Source: Phaeosaccion multiseriatum (Eukaryota; Protista; Ochrophyta, other classes). From it: DNA of 64,000 nt. The stretch spans positions 1,054,001-1,118,000 of the forward strand of contig OZ218961.1 in the NCBI GenBank assembly GCA_965112735.1, in the 5' to 3' direction. Positions 58,063 through 64,000 of this stretch are shown here, in pieces. The notes beneath the pieces were generated by a model that made no database searches, had not been told where the DNA came from, and saw only the letters and a list, made by a program, of their open reading frames with translations. The stretch's first letter is position 1; the number at the start of each line of letters is the position of its first letter. The position numbers and the translations under genes were made by a program.

Positions 58063-61000
58063 TTACATAAGTTTGAGGGCCTGCAGCACGACCGTGAGAA
58101 TGGCGCTAATGGGAAGGATGCCGAGAAGATAGACCACACAGAGGGTGCGGGCCATCCTCCCTGCTGCTTCCTTCATGCCTGCCACCTGCAGAATAATGAC
58201 CGAGTTCTGAGCGCTCGGCATACAGCTCTGGGGGCAGGGAGGGAGGAAGGGAAGGGGGGGGGTGAGGGAGGGAGGGAGGGAGGGAGAGAGGGAGGGAAGG
58301 AGGGAGGGACGGAGGGATAGAGGGAGGGGGTGGGGTGTCAGATCTCTCGAAAGGAGTGTCCTTTGTCATCATTTTCGTGCGGTGTTGGCCAGACCTCTCA
58401 GCTGTGGAAGCGCTCTTTCGTTGTGTACACAGAGAAAGCCGCTCCTTGAGCACTGCACACCGTGTGCACAGACTCCACCACCCACCCACTCACCCAGTCA
58501 CCCACCCACTCACCCACTCACCCACTCACCCACTCGCCCATCCACTCACCCATTCACATCCACTCATCCACTCACTCATTCCCTTACCCACTCGCTCACT
58601 CACTCTCTCACTCATTTCCTTTCCCACTCACCAACTTATTCCCTTCCCCGCTCACTCACTCACTCACTCACTCACTCACTCACTCACTCACTCACTCACG
58701 TATTCACTCACTCACTCACTCACTCACTCACTCACTCAATCTTACCCACTTGCCCACCCGCTCACCCACTCACTCACTCACGTCCCACATTCGTTCCCTC
58801 GCCCAATACGCACTTCCCCTCTCCCTCCCTCCCTCCCTCCGTCTCTCCACATCACCAACACGCTCACCTGCAGCATCACCACAAAGAGCAGAACGGGATC
58901 GTTGGGGATGAGGGCCGCTCTCCTCCCTGCCCAGAGCAGGCCAGCGGTGAGGGGCGGCATGAAGAGCCACCGACTGACGGCAACGCAAAAGAGCTTCTTG
59001 GCCATTGCCTGCGTCACATGTGGTACCGAGCCATGCCAGCGATTCAGCAGATGGAGGGAGGGAGGGAGGGAGGGAGAGGGAGAGAGAGAGGGAGGGAGGG
59101 AGGGAGGGAGATGGCAAGACAGAGGGAGAGAGAGACAAGGAAAAGACAGAGGCAGACAGAGAGAGAGGGACAGACGGAGGGTGCGGTTTCGTTGGCTCCT
59201 CAGGGTATCAGGTGCTTCAGATATCGAAAAGAAGGCAGCAGGCAAGCAGCAGGCAGAAAAGGGCAAGAGCAATACGCACAGTCTCCCTTCCTCCCTCCCT
59301 CCCTCCCCTTCCTAGAGACCCCGCACCTTTGAAACAAGGTTGTCCTTAGGCCCGTTGGCGAGAGAGCCTGCCAACACCAGCACCCCCGAAGGAGTATACG
59401 CCGCAGCGAGGACGAGGAAGGCGTTCCACACAAAGGCCAGGGGTGCCGTTTCGCCAATGAGCAACCTCTGAATGGGCTTGCAGAGACCCAAGAATAGCCC
59501 CACCAGGCAGGATATGATGGGCGGTGAGAGGATGCTCTTGACTGCGGCCGGGGTGGGTGGATGGGGGGGTGGATGGGGGGGAGGTGGGTGAGTGAGTGAA
59601 TGGGTGCGCGGGCGAATGGGTGGATGGGTGCGTGGGTGGGTGAGTGGGTGAGTGGATGGGTGAGTGGGTGGGTGGGTGGGTGGGTGGGATGATTGCGTGG
59701 GCGAGTAGGTGTGTGAGTGGGGGGTCGGGTATAAGGTATAGGACTCAGGCTGTAGGATGTAGGGTATAAGGTGTAGGATATAGGGTAATAGGGTGTACCT
59801 GTGCTTCCTGCAGCGATGGTTTTTGACTTCATTCTCTCGAGCAGAGGCTTTTTCGCAAGCGATGAAGTGCCCTCGCCCCCCTCGCCCCCCCCCTCGGGAT
59901 CGCCTTCCTTCCTTGTGAGGATGCTCTGGCCTGTTGGGTGGAGGCGATGTGGTGGCGAAGGGGGAGCAGGAAGAGCAGGAAGGGAGGGAGGGAGGCGACA
60001 GGTGGAGATGTGTGGTAGAAGTGGTGGTGGTGGTGGTGGTGGTGGAGGAGGAGAAGGAGGAAGGAAGGAGAGGGGGAGGGGGAGGAGGAGGAGGAGGAGG
60101 AGGAGGAGGAGGAGGAGGAGGAGGAGGAGGAGGAGGGGGAAGAGGAGGCGGCGGTGGGTGGTGGTGGTGGAGAAGGAGGTGGCGGTGTTGGGCATCGACG
60201 AAATGAAATGAAAGTGACACAAATGGCATGGATGGGGGGTAGGATGAGGGGTTGGGTCAGATTCGGGCAGCGCACATTCGCTGGGCAAGGGCAAGGCGAG
60301 GCAAGCAAGGCAAAGCAGACAAGGTGAAGGCAAGGTGAAGCAAGCTGAAGGCAAAGCTGACAAGGTGAAGCAAGGTGAAGCAGGGCAAAGGCAAGGCAAA
60401 GCAGACAAGGTGAAGCAAGGTGAAGCAGGGCGAGACATGCTTTCCTCCGCCCCTCAAGCTCCATCCACTGCCATCTCCTTCCAAGTGGAGAGAGAGAGGG
60501 AGAGACCAAGAGAGAGCGGGAGACAGAGAGATAGAAACAAAGGAGAGGAGAGGGAGAAAAGAGGGAAGATGCAGAGGGAAAGGGATGGAGAGTCCACCCT
60601 AGGCTTTCTCTAACCTAGAGTCCAGAATGTTGGAGACCAGCCTGCAGAGGGGAAGGGGGGGATGCGGAGGAGGGGAGGATATAATACATCATCAGGCTTG
60701 GCTTAAGGCACATGGTGATGATCACAGATGATCACACATGGTCACACATGGCTGGTCGACAGGCATCGATGGAACAGCACTGGACCCTTATGTCCTACCC
60801 CCGCCCCTCCTTTCCCCTCTCTCGCCCCTTGTCCTCGTCCTCCCCCCACCCCCACCCCTTTCCTCCTCCTCCTCCTCCTCCTCCTCCTCCTCCTCCTCCT
60901 CCTCCCACCCCCACCCCCCCCCTCCTCCTCCTCCTCCTCCTCCCTACAGCCCTCGCATCAGCTGCCTTCCTTCCTTCCTTCCTTCCTTCCTTCCTTCCTT

Positions 61001-61669
61001 CCTTTCATCTCACCCACACCCCACCAACCCACCAATGAGGAAGAAGCTGACGTACGCCACACAGCGTGTCAGAACGGTTGGGTCCGGGTGCCCTCTAAAG
61101 ATGGCCGTGGCAAAGAGCAGAGGTAATATCCCTGAGTTGCCAAAGGCGCTGTTGATGACCGCCTCCTTCCCATCCGCCGACCGCCTGTCTAATCGGACTA
61201 AGCGGGTGGTGATTTGGGCCAATCCTAAGCCGAGGAGGATTTGACACCACGCCATGACGGGGAGGGGAAGGAGGGTACCGATGGGCTGGCTCATGGTGGT
61301 GGCGGTTACGCTCGTCATGAGGAGGGCGGGGAGGAAGATGTTGTACACGATCTGATGGGGGGGTGGGGGGTGGAGGAGGAGAAGGAGAGGATGAGGTCGG
61401 GGTTGAAGGGGGGAGGAGGAGGGGTTGGTGAGAGGGGAGGGGAGGGGAGAGAGAGGGCGGGGAGAGGGAGGAAAGAGAGGAGAAAGGCAGATCACTACAG
61501 AAGATTGGGGAAAGGGCTGAAACGACTTACGACAGAGCAGACGAGAGGAGGAGGAGGAGGAAAAGGAGGAGGAGGGGGGGGGGAAGGCTCGACCGCCGGC
61601 CCACTGACTCCCCTTCTGCGAGCCTTGGGCACACTCACACTTACCGACACACACACAAGCAGCACACGC

Positions 61670-61716
<47 letters not shown>

Positions 61717-63247
61717 CACAGAGACACTCACAGAGACACCCACGCACTCACCTTGGACAACGCGGACACTGCGGGGCCGTCGAGAACGCCTTTGCTCGCC
61801 GCCAATACTCCGATTGACCCACACGCCATCAGCTGAAGGGCGAGAGAGGGAGGGGGAGGGGGAGGAGGGAGAGAGAGCGGAAAATGGAGGTGGAGAGTGA
61901 AGGGGGACAGGGAGCAGGGAAGAGGGGAGAGAGGGGGTGGAGAGGGAGCGGGAAGTGAGTGAGTGTCAGGACAAAAGAAGAATGAGTGTCAGGACAGTGA
62001 CATACCTCTGCTACGGCCTTGAGTGCCGTCTTGAGCACTGCTGGCTGCAGCTGCAGGAGGAGGGGGGGCACAGACGGCAAGCCCCTTGAACCACTGCCCG
62101 CCATGGCTAGTCGGGTATGGCGGGAGCTTCGTATGCCTAGGAGTAGGGGGACGGGAGGGTGAGGGGTGAAGGGAGAGAGAGAGGGAGAAAGAAGGAGGGA
62201 GGGAGGGGGGGGTGAAGGGAGAGAAAGAGAGAGAGAGTGGGGGGGAAGGACAGCGTCAGTGAGGGAGCGAGCGAGGCACGTTGGGCAGCAAGGAAGGACA
62301 GCAGAAAGGAGGGCCGCGGAGGAGAGGGGGAGAGAGCGGGAGGAGAGAGAAGGAGAGAGAGGCCGACAAAATCGGTGACGAGCTCGCCTCAACAGCAAGA
62401 AGCTTACGCAAAGCGAGGGGAGCGAAATACCAGACACAAATGAGAGAGAGAGGAAGAAGAAAGAGAGCCAGGGAGGGAGACAGAGAGAGAGAGAGGAAAA
62501 GCAAGGGGAGAGAAAATTGGACATTGGACGTATCCAGTAAGTAGTACTTCCATGACTGTGTTTTAGGGGTAAGCCCATCTATTCCATGCTGACCCACCTG
62601 CTCTTCCCCTTGCAGCTAAGGTCTGCTCCCGATGAGCTGCTACTGCTCCTCCCTCTACTATTGATGCTGCTGCTCCTCCTTCTGCTATCGATGTTGCTGC
62701 TGTGGATCCTGGCGGCCCTGCTAGAGAGCCTCGTGAAAGGTGCGAGGGACGGCGTGAAGCACCTCCTGCAGACATGGCCAGGGCTCTCGCTGTGGAGCTC
62801 TCCCGACGAGAAGGGAGTCTGCAGCCGCAGGCCTTTCTGCTCCCCCCGATTCCCTCGCGCGCCTGCCGCTGCAGATGCTGCGTAGTGGAGACAGGGGGAA
62901 AGAGAGAGGGAGAGAGAAAGAAAGAAAGAAGGAGAGAGAGAGAGAGAGAGAGAGATAGAGGGAGAGAGAGAGAGATTGATTGATTCGGGAGGCAACTTGG
63001 GAGTAATAACGTGCCTGAAGCGAAGCTGACTCCTGTCGCTCCGCCGATGCCAAGAAAGGAAAAAAAAAAAGGGGATGCAACAGGCCTTGCACAGCGTCAC
63101 AGACGGACGACTCACCGAGAGGCCATCTCTTACACAGGAGGGGAATATGCGAGCGGGCTGCTGCCACGCTGAGCACTGGGCGAGCAACAGGAGTATGAAG
63201 CCTATGCAACCACGGGACCGCTGTCCGTTCTGTATGGAAAGAAGCAT
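58063..63247 (-). CDS. Auxin efflux carrier / PIN-LIKES (PILS)-family membrane transporter with a bipartite presequence
   Basis: Phase-consistent exons 63247-63116, 62877-62598, 62136-62006, 61832-61752, 61351-61033, 60641-60615, 59930-59799, 59541-59327, 59008-58868, 58227-58063. Motifs LSKIVYNIFLPALL, AFGNSGILPL, WSPTFWTLG, ILSPPIISCLVGL, LVLAGSL, DPVLLFVVMLQSCMPSAQN. Confidence 0.88.
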
Positions 63248-63353
63248 AGTTCTCCTCGTTGGCTTGGCAATGGTGAAGGAAAATGAACAAAAAGGGGGAA
63301 GAGGAGGAGAATAAGTCAATGACAAAATCGAGGTGCTCGATTTTCAGGCCCTC

Positions 63354-63483
63354 AGCCCTGATTATTTTAACTCACCATCTTGAATGGTGGTGAGGTGGTG
63401 AGTGGGTGACATTAGCGCGAAACAGCCTCACCATCTTGAATGGTGGTGAGGTGGCGAGTGAGTGAAATGAGGCAGTCAGGGCT
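63354..63483. mobile_element. MITE-like 130-bp element with short inverted ends and two 34-bp internal direct repeats
   Basis: agccctga (63354) / tcagggct (63476); ctcaccatcttgaatggtggtgaggtggYgagtg at 63371 and 63427, each able to form a hairpin. Confidence 0.45.
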
Positions 63484-64000
63484 CATGCAGGGGGCTAAGG
63501 GGGGTGGTGGGCGGGGCTGCCTCTTTTGCCTGGCGCAACCGGGCCAACAGCAGCACTACAGTTGTGAGCGCGTGGACCTCGCAAGTATTCGCTTCGAGTC
63601 AGAGCCAGGCAGACGTTCTTAGCCGCTCTTTCTTACGTAGTACTACGAAAGATGGAGACAGACCTTTTTACTTCGCGGGCGGCCTCTGAGCCAGGAACTG
63701 TGGAATAAAAGCGTTACCTTCCGCTCTGCCCCCCCTCCAGCTAGCCCCGTCCGTCCTGTTCGGAAGGCGCCACTCTGCATCAGGCATACAGTAGTCAGTA
63801 GCAATGTGGGTGCGTGTGTGGGAGGGCCGGCTATCTGAGATTTGGAACTCATGCATACGTAAGGATTAGTTCACAATTTCAGTTCTGTTTGCCATTTGGA
63901 TTGCTGAGAGAGTCACGAGGTGGAGCTCAAGACGACAGTGGCACCGTATATGAAAGGGTAGGGGGGGGTAAGAAAGGTGGAGAAGAACGAGCCGAGAACG

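Noticed and set aside
63371-63460. Palindromic 34-bp repeat / 22-nt spacer / repeat as a mini-CRISPR
   Set aside because: Only two repeats, eukaryotic context, no cas genes; better explained as MITE-internal repeats.
1-64000. tRNA, rRNA, snRNA or telomeric arrays
   Set aside because: None recognised by eye; a covariance-model scan would be needed to exclude small ncRNAs.

Overview
Eukaryotic, GC-rich and microsatellite-dense DNA with GT-AG introns. It is most likely from a flagellated, plastid-bearing stramenopile (ochrophyte) alga, inferred from a DNAAF6/PIH1D3 gene and a transporter with a signal peptide plus heterokont-type transit peptide. I reconstructed the spliced genes by hand, checking splice sites and phases: class V aminotransferase (5' part only), a Kizuna-like coiled-coil protein, an HDAC8/Hos1-like deacetylase, an IQCC-like protein, a coiled-coil/RNI-LRR protein, DNAAF6, an RRM glycine-rich protein, AK3, a protein with 9 helical repeats and a PILS/AEC transporter. 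There are also two single-exon low-complexity ORFs. Two accessory loci share one architecture: a tandem duplication that copies the 3' end of a neighbouring spliced gene together with an intron-free F-box-like repeat gene (ankyrin-type at 24.1-29.3 kb, FNIP/LRR-type at 47.9-56.5 kb). At both loci the amino-acid changes cluster at predicted binding-face positions on a conserved scaffold, which suggests diversifying receptors or substrate adaptors. Other notable structures are a 2.7-kb element with perfect 37-bp TIRs, a ~390-nt fold-back over a decayed CCHC ORF, and a 15-mer (CAGTTGGTGATACAG) recurring in unrelated exons and an intron, on both strands and in different frames. All product calls come from motif recognition; no database search was run.
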